DNA from: an uncultured Patescibacteria group bacterium
Lineage (GTDB): Bacteria; Patescibacteriota; Minisyncoccia; Phycocordibacterales; UBA918
DNA: 64,000 nt
Direction: 5' to 3'
NCBI GenBank assembly: GCA_934699595.1
Contig: CAKUWT010000001.1
Coordinates: 71,839 to 135,838 of the forward strand
Shown: positions 1 through 9,061 of the stretch, one piece after another
How the letters are laid out: each line of letters begins with the position of its first letter
Numbering within the stretch: position 1 is the stretch's first letter
Position numbers and translations under genes: made by a program
The notes under the pieces: generated by a model
What the model was told of the DNA's origin: nothing
Database searches by the model: none
The model's input: the letters and a program-made list of their open reading frames with translations, nothing else

Positions 1-1
1 A

Positions 2-358
2 CTCTCACTTTGGGACGCCAGTCAGAGTGCAGCAGTAGAAAAAGCTATCCGTGACGCTGATTTAGGAGTCTCGTTAGTAGTTGATTCTGGCGGCTTTCGA
101 GTTATCTTTCCAGAATTAACGAGCGATCGTCGTCAGCAACTTTTAAAAATTGCTGGTAGTAAACAAGAAGATGCCCGCGTATCAGTACGTTCTGCTCGTG
201 ACGAAGTAATGAAACAGATTGAAGCTGATAAAAAATCGGGTGTGATTAGTGAAGATGAGGCCTTTATTCGTAAGGAGAAGGTACAAAAACTAATTGAAAA
301 TGCTAACAAAGAATTAGAGCAGCTCCTCAAAAACAAGGAGAAGGAAATTAGTCTTTAG
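2..358 (+). CDS. frr: ribosome recycling factor, C-terminal part (5' end lies outside the window)
   Basis: Frame-2 translation reads ...DRRQQLLKIAGSKQEDARVSVRSARDEVMKQIEADKKSGVISEDEAFIRKEKVQKLIENANKELEQLL, a typical RRF C-terminus. It is followed by rseP-proS, as in the frr-uppS-cdsA-rseP-proS synteny. Confidence 0.85.
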   Translation, partial: LSLWDASQSAAVEKAIRDADLGVSLVVDSGGFRVIFPELTSDRRQQLLKIAGSKQEDARVSVRSARDEVMKQIEADKKSGVISEDEAFIRKEKVQKLIENANKELEQLLKNKEKEISL

Positions 359-374
359 TAAATAAATATCTTCT

Positions 375-1481
375 ATGTCAGCTTTATCAACCGCAGCGCT
401 TTTCTTGTTGGTTCTAATCGTCTTAATTTTGGTTCACGAATTGGGACATTTTATCGTCGCTAAGTGGACAAAAATGCGGGTTGATGAATTTGGTATTGGG
501 TTCCCGCCTAAGTTACTTGGTTGGCGGAAAGGTGAGACTTTATACACTTTAAATGCTCTGCCGTTGGGCGGGTTCGTTAGTATCTACGGTGAAGATCCGA
601 CTAAAATTAGTGCCGATTCTCCAGATCAGTCACGCGCTTTCGGTTCACGACCAAAATGGGCACAAATTCTAGTTTTATTAGCAGGGGTAACAATGAATGT
701 GCTACTGGCGTTTATCTTGCTGGTGGTGATCAATCTAGTTGGCGCACCGACCATGGTGACAGAATTTGAAGCTACACCTGCCGCCTCTTTGCAAGTCGGC
801 GCAGTTTTACCGAACAGTCCGGCTGCTGTACTACCACTTGGCGCCACCATTACCGCTGTTGGTAATGTGACGGGACAGCTGGAGACCTTAACTCCCAGCA
901 CGGTCAGCGATTTTATTGCGGCGAGTTATCCAGAAGCCGTAGATATTTCTTACACCGTTTCTAGTGAGGAAGAGGTTAAGACAGTAACCTTAACTCCCGA
1001 GGTTGGACTGAGTGAAGCGACGCCAGATAGGGCAGTTGTGGGAGTGTCCTTAGCACTAGTTGAAAACATTAAACTGCCTTTTCTATCTGCCGTTAATAGT
1101 GCCGCGATCGAAACTGTGACTCTACTGAAAGCAATTACTGTCGGGGTCTATGATTTAATAACTGGTCTGTTCACAAATTCTGCTGATCTTTCACAGGTCA
1201 CGGGGCCGATCGGGATTGCTAACTACGTGGGTGAAGCGGCCGCCGTGGGCATGACTTCCTTACTGTTCTTTGTGGCTATCATTTCCTTAAACTTAGCAGT
1301 CATCAATTTGCTACCCATCCCAGCCTTGGACGGCGGGCGATTAGTGTTCGTCCTGATTGAAATTGTTACGCGTCGTCCACTTGATCATAAGTGGTCAATG
1401 CGAGTGAATTTGGTCGGCTTCCTCTTGTTAATGATGTTGATGTTGGCTGTCACCATTGGCGACATTTCCCGTTTGTGGTAA
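375..1481 (+). CDS. rseP: RIP zinc metalloprotease RseP (site-2 protease, M50 family)
   Basis: HELGHF (HExxH) sits in the first transmembrane segment, there are several transmembrane segments, and a C-terminal LDGG motif is present. Position between frr and proS fits. Confidence 0.85.
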   Translation: MSALSTAALFLLVLIVLILVHELGHFIVAKWTKMRVDEFGIGFPPKLLGWRKGETLYTLNALPLGGFVSIYGEDPTKISADSPDQSRAFGSRPKWAQILVLLAGVTMNVLLAFILLVVINLVGAPTMVTEFEATPAASLQVGAVLPNSPAAVLPLGATITAVGNVTGQLETLTPSTVSDFIAASYPEAVDISYTVSSEEEVKTVTLTPEVGLSEATPDRAVVGVSLALVENIKLPFLSAVNSAAIETVTLLKAITVGVYDLITGLFTNSADLSQVTGPIGIANYVGEAAAVGMTSLLFFVAIISLNLAVINLLPIPALDGGRLVFVLIEIVTRRPLDHKWSMRVNLVGFLLLMMLMLAVTIGDISRLW

Positions 1482-1521
1482 ATAATAGTAAAGTAACTTC
1501 ATAAGTCTAATACAAAGAAAT

Positions 1522-2787
1522 ATGCGTCAATCAAAACTTTTCACCAAAACTCGCAAGGAAGCTCCTGCCGATGAGACCGCCCGCAATGCTAGGCTGTTGA
1601 TCCAAGCTGGGTATATTCATAAAGAAATGGCGGGGGTCTACCAACTATTACCGTTAGGTTTTCGTGTAGTAGAAAAAATTAAAAAAATTGTTCGAGAAGA
1701 AATGAATGGTATCGGGGGACAAGAAATGATTGCGACTTCCTTACAAAAGAAGGAATTGTGGGAGCGCACTCATCGCTGGGACGACGAAGTAGTTGATATT
1801 TGGTTTAAAACTGCATTAAAAAATGGAGATGAGTTAGGTTTGGCTTGGAGTCATGAAGAGCCGCTGACAGAAATGATGCGCAATCATGTACACAGTTATC
1901 GTGATTTACCGGTTTTTATCTATCAAGTACAAACTAAACTACGTAATGAGCTGCGTTCTAAAAGTGGTATGATGCGCGGTCGGGAATTTGTAATGAAGGA
2001 CGCCTACTCATTTACGGCTACTGAGGAGCAACATAATGAAATTTATGAAGCTAATAAGCAAGCGTATGCAAGAGTCTTTGAGCGCCTCGGAATTGGCGAC
2101 GAGACGTTTATAACTTATGCTGACGGCGGAGCATTTACTGAATTTAGTCATGAGTTTCAGACTGTCTGCGAGGCCGGTGAAGATATCACTTACATCAACC
2201 GTGAAAAAGGTATCGCAATTAACGAAGAGGTTCTGGAGAAGACCGATTTAAAGAAGTTAGGAATTACTCGTGATGATTTGGAGCGAGTCAAGACCGCTGA
2301 GGTCGGAAACATCTTTAACTTCGGTCGTCAGAAAGCCACTGATGTTGGGTTATATTTTAAAGATCAGAATGAGCAGGAAGTGGCAGTGTGGATGGGTTCT
2401 TACGGCATTGGGGTCACTCGACTATTTGGCGTTTTGGTAGAAATGTTTGCTGATGAAAAAGGTTTAGTTTGGCCAGTCGCCGTCGCACCATATTTGGTGC
2501 ACTTAGTGGTTCTTAATACTGACAATCAAGAACTGGTTGATTGGGCTAATGGTATTTACACTTCTTTGCAAAATCGAGGGGTGGAAGTGCTTTATGACGA
2601 CCGTGACGCCCGAGCCGGGGAGAAATTTGCCGACAGTGACTTGCTGGGTATGCCTTATCGGGTGGTAGTAAGTAACAAAGGTCAAGAGCAGGGACAGTTT
2701 GAAGTCGTCAATCGTCAAACAGGCGAGATAGAACTGGTGGACGAGACCAGACTGCTAGGAATGTTTACGCCTGACCTGGAGGATTAA
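1522..2787 (+). CDS. proS: prolyl-tRNA synthetase (short form)
   Basis: Class II synthetase motifs. The N-terminus MRQSKLFTKTRKE...ARLLIQAGYI is typical of ProRS, and there is a C-terminal anticodon-binding domain. Confidence 0.9.
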   Translation: MRQSKLFTKTRKEAPADETARNARLLIQAGYIHKEMAGVYQLLPLGFRVVEKIKKIVREEMNGIGGQEMIATSLQKKELWERTHRWDDEVVDIWFKTALKNGDELGLAWSHEEPLTEMMRNHVHSYRDLPVFIYQVQTKLRNELRSKSGMMRGREFVMKDAYSFTATEEQHNEIYEANKQAYARVFERLGIGDETFITYADGGAFTEFSHEFQTVCEAGEDITYINREKGIAINEEVLEKTDLKKLGITRDDLERVKTAEVGNIFNFGRQKATDVGLYFKDQNEQEVAVWMGSYGIGVTRLFGVLVEMFADEKGLVWPVAVAPYLVHLVVLNTDNQELVDWANGIYTSLQNRGVEVLYDDRDARAGEKFADSDLLGMPYRVVVSNKGQEQGQFEVVNRQTGEIELVDETRLLGMFTPDLED

Positions 2788-2790
2788 TTT

Positions 2791-3867
2791 ATGTCTGTTA
2801 TAGGGAAATTTTTACACAAGGTCACCGGTTCGTTTTCTACCGATATGGCCATCGACCTCGGCACCTCAAATACCCGAGTTTACGTCAAAGGTAAGGGGAT
2901 AGTTTTAAACGAACCCACCATCGTGGCAGTTAATCAAAAAACTGGACAGCTGGTGGCGGTTGGTACTGAAGCAGAGACCATGCTTGGCCGTACCCCAGCC
3001 CATATCGCGGTGATTAAGCCTTTGGTGGATGGAGTGATCTCTGATTATGAAACCACCGAAGAAATGTTGCTGTACTTGATTAACCGTGTGCGTGATGAAA
3101 CTAAAAGCTTGATTGCACCACGAATCCTTATCTGCGTACCATCCGGCATCACTAACGTAGAGCATCGTGCGGCTCGTGACGCCGCTAAAAATGCTGGCGC
3201 CAAAGATGTCTTTTTAATTGAGGCACCTTTGGCCGCCGCTTTGGGCGCCAAGCTGCCTATTGGCAAGGCAGGCGGGAGTATGATTATTGATATTGGGGGT
3301 GGTACCACCGACGTAGCCGTGATTTCCCTAAACGGTATTGTAGTCTCACGCAACTTACGAGTAGCGGGAGAGCATCTTACCCACTCAATTATGTCGTATG
3401 TCCGCGACCAGTTTAAGTTACATATCGGTGATAAAACAGCAGAAAATATTAAAATTAAATTGGCTACTCTGACAGAAAAAGACCAGAATGAGCAGTTGGT
3501 AGTGCGTGGTCGGGACGTAATAACTGGATTGCCTCATGAAGTGGCAGTGACAGAGAGTGACGTACAGACAGCTATCGCTAGTAAGATTGACAATGTGGTG
3601 GAAACCATTCGTCTCGTACTAGAAGAGACTCCACCGGAAGTGATGGCTGATATTATGCAAAACGGCATCCATCTTTCTGGCGGCGGCGCTATGATTCCTG
3701 GTCTGAAACAGATTTTGGAGTCAGTTTTGGAAGTACCAGTCATCATTGTTCCAGATCCATCACGGGCAACAATCCGTGGAGCTGGTATAGTAATTGAGAA
3801 CTTAAGCAACTATGAAGAAATCCTTATCGAGAAAGACAAGAACCTCTTTGCAAAGTTTTTGGATTAA
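2791..3867 (+). CDS. mreB: rod shape-determining actin homologue MreB
   Basis: DLGTSNT phosphate-1 motif, DIGGGTTD phosphate-2 motif, and an mreBCD-PBP2 cluster. Confidence 0.92.
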   Translation: MSVIGKFLHKVTGSFSTDMAIDLGTSNTRVYVKGKGIVLNEPTIVAVNQKTGQLVAVGTEAETMLGRTPAHIAVIKPLVDGVISDYETTEEMLLYLINRVRDETKSLIAPRILICVPSGITNVEHRAARDAAKNAGAKDVFLIEAPLAAALGAKLPIGKAGGSMIIDIGGGTTDVAVISLNGIVVSRNLRVAGEHLTHSIMSYVRDQFKLHIGDKTAENIKIKLATLTEKDQNEQLVVRGRDVITGLPHEVAVTESDVQTAIASKIDNVVETIRLVLEETPPEVMADIMQNGIHLSGGGAMIPGLKQILESVLEVPVIIVPDPSRATIRGAGIVIENLSNYEEILIEKDKNLFAKFLD

Positions 3868-4801
3868 AACCTTCGGAGTTAGTTTAGGTATTACCCTGAT
3901 ACTTTACTTGAGTATTTATGTTTTTTCTGGAGTTGGTAAAGGGGTGGCGAATTTTGCTCTCCGTCCTTTAGAAAGGTTAGAAATAATTTCGCCGACACAG
4001 ATAACCAACTTGGGTAAATATTTTACAGATAGGCGAAATCTGTTATTGCAAATTGAGGATTTGGAATGGGAGCGAGCTCAACGAGTCACGACCAATAGCA
4101 CCCTAGTGCGCCTACAAAATGAGAATGACGAGTTTAGAAAACTACTTGACGTAATACCTCGAGGCCGCTTAGCTGCACGTGTCGTTGCTAAGCCACCGAA
4201 GTTGGCTTATGACTACCTGCTTCTAGATAAAGGCGCTGAAGAGGGGGTGATTGAAAACGCCCCAGTTTTTACCGGGGCTGATCAGCTAGTTGGTTTTGTC
4301 ACCGACGTGAAGCCGCATACTGCTCTAGTTACCCTCATCACTACCCCTAATTTTAAAGCAACCGCTTATATTATTGGCCCCAACATCTTTACCGAGACTG
4401 AAGGTCAAGGAAATGGCGTGCTGCAAGTACGAGTACCTCAAGGTGTCGTGATTAACGAAGGTGATGTGGTAGTCTTGCCCGCGGTGGCCTCTGGAGTCTA
4501 CGGTGAAATCTTCTCGGTAAAAACCAATGAGAGTGAGCCTTATCGAACTGGCTACGTTTCTCCAGAGTTTAGTCTCCAATCACTTTATTATGTCTCAATC
4601 GGAGTTGAAGCAATTGACACCACCAGCTATCAGGAAGCCCGGGATCTAATTAAGGAAATTAAAGAAGATTTACTTAAGGTTGAACTTCCTCATGGAGTTC
4701 TTGTCACCCCTGAGCAAACAACCTCAACTGCCTCCAGTACCTCTGAGCAAACTGATCCAGCCAGCAATCAGATTCCTTTAAATAATTATGAAAATGGTTA
4801 G
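3812..4801 (+). CDS. mreC: rod shape-determining protein MreC (start probably downstream of the 56-nt overlap with mreB)
   Basis: N-terminal transmembrane segment followed by a coiled-coil and a beta-rich domain, located directly after mreB. Confidence 0.7.
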   Translation: MKKSLSRKTRTSLQSFWIKTFGVSLGITLILYLSIYVFSGVGKGVANFALRPLERLEIISPTQITNLGKYFTDRRNLLLQIEDLEWERAQRVTTNSTLVRLQNENDEFRKLLDVIPRGRLAARVVAKPPKLAYDYLLLDKGAEEGVIENAPVFTGADQLVGFVTDVKPHTALVTLITTPNFKATAYIIGPNIFTETEGQGNGVLQVRVPQGVVINEGDVVVLPAVASGVYGEIFSVKTNESEPYRTGYVSPEFSLQSLYYVSIGVEAIDTTSYQEARDLIKEIKEDLLKVELPHGVLVTPEQTTSTASSTSEQTDPASNQIPLNNYENG

Positions 4802-5051
4802 TCTTTGGTATCGTCTGCCAATTTTTATTTTACTTTGCTACCTGTTTTTCTGGGGCTTTTTTTGGTGGTCGCTTCCATTAACTTTATGGTATCTATATAA
4901 TTTCCCTGGTTACGAGTTGATAGGATTCGCTATTTTGTTGGATATTTATTTTGATCACCAGACCTGGCCGCTGTATTCTCTCGCTACTCTAGTCATGGCA
5001 GGGGCGTCTTGGTGGGTAAAAAAGTACTTAGTAGTTTATACTGGTAGGTAA
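4788..5051 (+). CDS. mreD: small polytopic membrane protein, probable MreD
   Basis: 87 aa, very hydrophobic and Trp-rich. It sits between mreC and PBP2 and its start overlaps the mreC stop. Confidence 0.5.
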   Translation: MKMVSLWYRLPIFILLCYLFFWGFFWWSLPLTLWYLYNFPGYELIGFAILLDIYFDHQTWPLYSLATLVMAGASWWVKKYLVVYTGR

Positions 5052-6760
5052 TGCGGTTTAGGAAACGTTCCAAAAAAGTTGTTGAAGTAGATGAAATCTT
5101 TCTCGACTCTTCAAATTTACCTCTTTTTAATACTGGTCGGATGGAAGGGAGGAAAGAATTACCTATTAGTAGTACCAGTATTTATGGTGTTCTGGTGGTG
5201 ACCCTGCTTATTATCAGTCTGTTTACTTATCGACTAATAGATTTACAGGTTTTCTCTGGTGAAGAATATCTGACGATTGCCATGAACAACTCCATTGACA
5301 AAACCACTATTATCGCTGAACGAGGGGTGGTTTTTGACCGAACAGGTGAAAAAGTGGTTTGGAACGAATACGATTTTTCTGGTGAACGTGATTTTCCGAT
5401 GCGGGCTTACACCAATCGTCTGGGGATGGGACAGTTAATTGGTTATGTCAGCTATCCGCAAAAAGACCGTTTTGGGATTTTTTATCGCACAGAATACTTG
5501 GGGCGCACGGGCATCGAATTAGCTTTTAACGAACTCTTAAGTGGTGAGAATGGCAGTCGAGTACGTGATGTTAATGCGCGTGGTGATATTGCTGGAGAAT
5601 ACACTGTTATTCCACCTACGCCAGGTACTGAGCTCCACCTATCCATTGATGCTGAACTATCGGAAGCGATGTATCAGATCATCCTTGAAAGCGCTGATGA
5701 AGCCGGCTTTCGTAGTGGTGCAGGAGCCATAATGGACGTTAAAACTGGTGAGCTTTTGGCTTTAACAAGCTTTCCCTCCTATGATCCCAATGTGATGGCC
5801 AATGGGGGCAACTCAGAACTGATTAATGAGTACAATAATAATGATCGCTTACCATTTCTGAATAAAGCTGTTAGTGGTGTTTATACACCTGGATCAGTTG
5901 TAAAACCTTTTGTGGCGTACGCTGCCCTGGCAGAAAATGTAATCTCCCCGAGTAAACAAATCATTAGCACGGGACAAATTGTAATCCCTAACCCTTATCA
6001 TCCCGGTAATCCTTCTATTTTCCGTGACTGGCGGGCGCACGGTGTAATGACAATGCGGGAAGCGATCGCTTTCTCTTCCAATGTTTACTTTTATGAAATT
6101 GGTGGCGGTTTCCATGATCAGCCTGGTTTAGGTATTACTCGCCTGGCTAAATATTACCGACTGTTTGGCTTCGGCTCACCGACTGGTATAAATATTGCCT
6201 CAGAACAAGATGGTGTTGTGCCTGACCCAGACTGGAAACGAGAGACTTTTGACGATGATTGGCGGCTGGGTGATACTTACTTTACAGCCATTGGACAGTA
6301 CGGCTTCTTAGCGTCACCAATGCAAATTCTACGAGCTTATGCTGCCCTGGCTAATGGTGGTAAAATGCTAACCCCTCATGTGGAGCAGGGAAAGGTGGCG
6401 GAAGATACTGACCTAAAATTGAACCCCGATTACTTACAGGTTATTCATGAGGGTATGCGAAAGACGGTAATTCTTGACGGTGGTACTGCGCGCGGTTTAC
6501 AGCTAAAGGAGGTAGCTATCGCAGCCAAGTCTGGAACGGCTGAGATCGGTTCAGGGAACGCTTATGTAAACTCCTGGGTGGCCGGATTTTGGCCATACGA
6601 AGATCCACAGTACGCATTTGTATTGATGATGGACAGAGCACCGCGCTCAAATTCCTTAGGTGCCTCCACCATAATGGGGAAAGTTTTCCGTTGGATGGTA
6701 GAACATAAACCTGAGTATGTTGGTTTGAGTAAAAAAATAGACGAAACAAAGAAGCTTTAA
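5051..6760 (+). CDS. mrdA: penicillin-binding protein 2 (elongasome transpeptidase)
   Basis: N-terminal transmembrane segment, SVVKP (SxxK), SSN and KSGTA motifs, and synteny with mreBCD. Confidence 0.88.
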   Translation: MRFRKRSKKVVEVDEIFLDSSNLPLFNTGRMEGRKELPISSTSIYGVLVVTLLIISLFTYRLIDLQVFSGEEYLTIAMNNSIDKTTIIAERGVVFDRTGEKVVWNEYDFSGERDFPMRAYTNRLGMGQLIGYVSYPQKDRFGIFYRTEYLGRTGIELAFNELLSGENGSRVRDVNARGDIAGEYTVIPPTPGTELHLSIDAELSEAMYQIILESADEAGFRSGAGAIMDVKTGELLALTSFPSYDPNVMANGGNSELINEYNNNDRLPFLNKAVSGVYTPGSVVKPFVAYAALAENVISPSKQIISTGQIVIPNPYHPGNPSIFRDWRAHGVMTMREAIAFSSNVYFYEIGGGFHDQPGLGITRLAKYYRLFGFGSPTGINIASEQDGVVPDPDWKRETFDDDWRLGDTYFTAIGQYGFLASPMQILRAYAALANGGKMLTPHVEQGKVAEDTDLKLNPDYLQVIHEGMRKTVILDGGTARGLQLKEVAIAAKSGTAEIGSGNAYVNSWVAGFWPYEDPQYAFVLMMDRAPRSNSLGASTIMGKVFRWMVEHKPEYVGLSKKIDETKKL

Positions 6761-6793
6761 TATTTATAGTCTTTCTGCTACACTCTAGGCATT

Positions 6794-7897
6794 ATGTCAC
6801 TATCTGTGGGAATTGTGGGGTTGCCCAACGTTGGCAAATCAACGTTGTTTACGGCCCTTACCAAGAATGAGGTCTTGATTGCCAACTATCCTTTTGCCAC
6901 CATCGATCCCTGCGTGGGCGTGGTGCCGGTTCCGGATCATCGCTTAGAAACTCTGGCTAAGATTTCCGGTTCAGAAAAAATTTTGCCAGCAGTAGTGGAG
7001 TTTGTAGATATTGCTGGTCTAGTAAAAGGAGCTTCCCAAGGTGAAGGCTTAGGTAATAAGTTTCTCCAGAATATTCGTGAGGTAGATATGATCGTGGAAA
7101 TGGTACGCATTTTTGAAGATAGTGACATTCATCATGTTTCAGGACAGGTACAACCGTTAGACGATATTACTATTATTAACCTAGAGCTGATTTTAGCTGA
7201 CACGGAAACGGTGGGTAAGCGGTTAGGAAATATCGAACGTGACATCAAAGCCGGGAAGAAGGGTGCGGTTGAACTGCAGGGGGTATTGAAAAGATTACTA
7301 CCTCATCTGGAAGCTGGAAAATTAGCCAATACTTTTGAAATGACTGATGACGAAACTTTATTACTGAAAGAGCTGCATCTTTTGACCATGAAACCATTCC
7401 TGTATGTCTGCAACCGGAAACAGGACTGCTACAACTTAGATGAACAGGATGATGAGCGTTGGCAACAATTACTGGACTTTTTTGCTGAGACCAAGAGTGA
7501 GTACGTGGTTGTTGATGCTGGTATGGAACATGAATTGCGCGACTTAGACGACGAAGAAAAGAATGAATTCCGTCGTGAATACGGAGCTCAAGACAGTGGT
7601 GTGACCGAGTTAATCCGGGCGACTTATCATCGTCTTGGCTTAATGTCTTACTTCACTACTGGGCCAAAGGAGACCCGAGCCTGGACTATTAAGCAGGGTG
7701 CCAAGGCACCCGAGGCGGCAGGAGTGATTCATACTGATTTTCAATCTAAGTTTATTCGTGCGCAAGTAGTGGCTTTTGCCGATTTGGTAGCCGCTGGTTC
7801 GCTCGCTAAGGCTCGCGAACTTGGAAAAGTCCGCACCGAAGGGAAGGAGTACGTGGTGCAAGAAGCTGACGTGATAGAGTTTTTGCACGGCGGATAG
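6794..7897 (+). CDS. ychF: ribosome-binding ATPase YchF (Obg-family GTPase)
   Basis: [10 protein letters not shown]-loop, DIAGLV, and a C-terminal TGS domain. Confidence 0.92.
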   Translation: MSLSVGIVGLPNVGKSTLFTALTKNEVLIANYPFATIDPCVGVVPVPDHRLETLAKISGSEKILPAVVEFVDIAGLVKGASQGEGLGNKFLQNIREVDMIVEMVRIFEDSDIHHVSGQVQPLDDITIINLELILADTETVGKRLGNIERDIKAGKKGAVELQGVLKRLLPHLEAGKLANTFEMTDDETLLLKELHLLTMKPFLYVCNRKQDCYNLDEQDDERWQQLLDFFAETKSEYVVVDAGMEHELRDLDDEEKNEFRREYGAQDSGVTELIRATYHRLGLMSYFTTGPKETRAWTIKQGAKAPEAAGVIHTDFQSKFIRAQVVAFADLVAAGSLAKARELGKVRTEGKEYVVQEADVIEFLHGG

Positions 7898-7920
7898 TGG
7901 ATAATTGACCAAAACGAGGT

Positions 7921-7967
7921 AGCCAGCAGACGGCCGACTCCTAGAAGGAGTCGGCCGGCTGCTGGCT
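7921..7967. terminator. 22-bp near-perfect hairpin (agccagcagacggccgactcct / aggagtcggccggctgctggct, 3-nt loop) downstream of ychF
   Basis: Inverted repeat with one mismatch, read directly from the sequence. There is no T-tract, so it is either an intrinsic-terminator-like structure or a recombination-boundary structure. Confidence 0.5.
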
Positions 7968-8064
7968 ACACTCACTTAAACCCCTCACCGGTAGCAAATT
8001 TTTATTAAAAGTGTTAGTCTGCACGCAGACGATCGTTAGAAAACAGAAACAGTTGGAGGTTTCC

Positions 8065-8985
8065 ATGAATATGCTGAGAGTAGAGCAGGACTACACCAGT
8101 CCGCTTCCAGACGATGACTATGAGTACGAGGTTGATTTGTATAGGAAAACAGCTTCCTATCGAGACAGCATCGTCAGGGCTGTGCTGGCAAAAAAAGCTT
8201 GGTACGCCAAGACCGGGCGCGGCGAACTCGCCACCAACTCGCACCGATTTGATGGCGCCAGTGAGATTCTGATGGGTATCAGAAAAGGAGCCGCCTCTTG
8301 GCGTGCGCTTGACCTGATTTATCGGGGTCGAGAACTGGCTAGAACCGATGATGAGCACTACTGGCTCAATATGCTAAACGCGCAGGCTGTGCGCAATCGC
8401 TTCAAAAAGGTGCGAAAAAAGGTCAAGGACGAGGTTTTGCATCAGATAACGATAGGGGTCGAAAAACCGCAACTGGCCTCTATTGCCTGCGGCTCAGCTC
8501 ATGCAGTCATTGAAACAATACGTGACTTCAAGAGGGAGGGCGTTTATATCAATTCTCTACTGATTGATATCGCGCCAGACGCTCTGAAGTACGCAAAGGG
8601 AATCGCGGCCGATTGCGGGGTCTTCGATCAGTGTCATTTCATCGAAGCCAATGCCAGTGGTCCAGATACTCGCAGGATCTTGAATGAGTTCAACCCGGAC
8701 ATAATCGAGATGCTCGGCCTGCTCGATTATGTGACTGATAAGGGCACCCAAAGACTCTTCAAAACATTTTTCGATGCCTTGCGACCTCATGGCACTTTCC
8801 TGACCTGCAACATTGCTCCAAATCCGGAACAGGATTTTCTCACTCACGTAATTGACTGGCCGATGATCTATCGGACGGAGGAAGAGTTGAGACAGTTACT
8901 GTCAAGCAGTTTCAATCCTGACAATATCAAGATTATCTACGAGCCTCACCGAATCCACGGTGTGGCGATTGCCAGAAAAACCTAA
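8065..8985 (+). CDS. class I SAM-dependent methyltransferase with a ~130-aa N-terminal extension of unknown function; GC-rich, likely horizontally acquired
   Basis: Rossmann-type methyltransferase motifs: LASIACGSAHAV (motif I variant), LIDIAPDA (acidic end of beta-2), FDQCHFIEANA, and LRPHGTFL (motif III). A GGAGG ribosome-binding site lies 6 nt before the ATG at 8065; the track ORF starts at 8011. Local GC is about 55% against roughly 45% in the flanks. Confidence 0.7.
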   Translation: MNMLRVEQDYTSPLPDDDYEYEVDLYRKTASYRDSIVRAVLAKKAWYAKTGRGELATNSHRFDGASEILMGIRKGAASWRALDLIYRGRELARTDDEHYWLNMLNAQAVRNRFKKVRKKVKDEVLHQITIGVEKPQLASIACGSAHAVIETIRDFKREGVYINSLLIDIAPDALKYAKGIAADCGVFDQCHFIEANASGPDTRRILNEFNPDIIEMLGLLDYVTDKGTQRLFKTFFDALRPHGTFLTCNIAPNPEQDFLTHVIDWPMIYRTEEELRQLLSSSFNPDNIKIIYEPHRIHGVAIARKT

Positions 8986-9009
8986 GTACTGTTGAAAGGA
9001 CAGTTAGCT

Positions 9010-9057
9010 AGGCCCAACCAGGTGTTAAAATAAAAACATCAGGTTGGGCCTTTTTTA
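9010..9057 (+). terminator. rho-independent terminator after the methyltransferase gene
   Basis: Stem aggcccaacc/ggttgggcct followed by a T-run (ttttttattt). Confidence 0.7.
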
Positions 9058-9061
9058 TTTA

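Noticed and set aside
3812-3867. 56-nt overlap between mreB and mreC suggesting a frameshift or fusion
   Set aside because: It is more simply explained by mreC initiating at a downstream non-ATG codon such as TTG at ~3907. Both reading frames are intact.
9044-9061. Track ORF start (TTG) for the histidine kinase lying inside the upstream terminator stem and T-run
   Set aside because: The start would be part of the terminator hairpin. The in-frame ATG at 9062 (MSFYAL...) is the plausible start.
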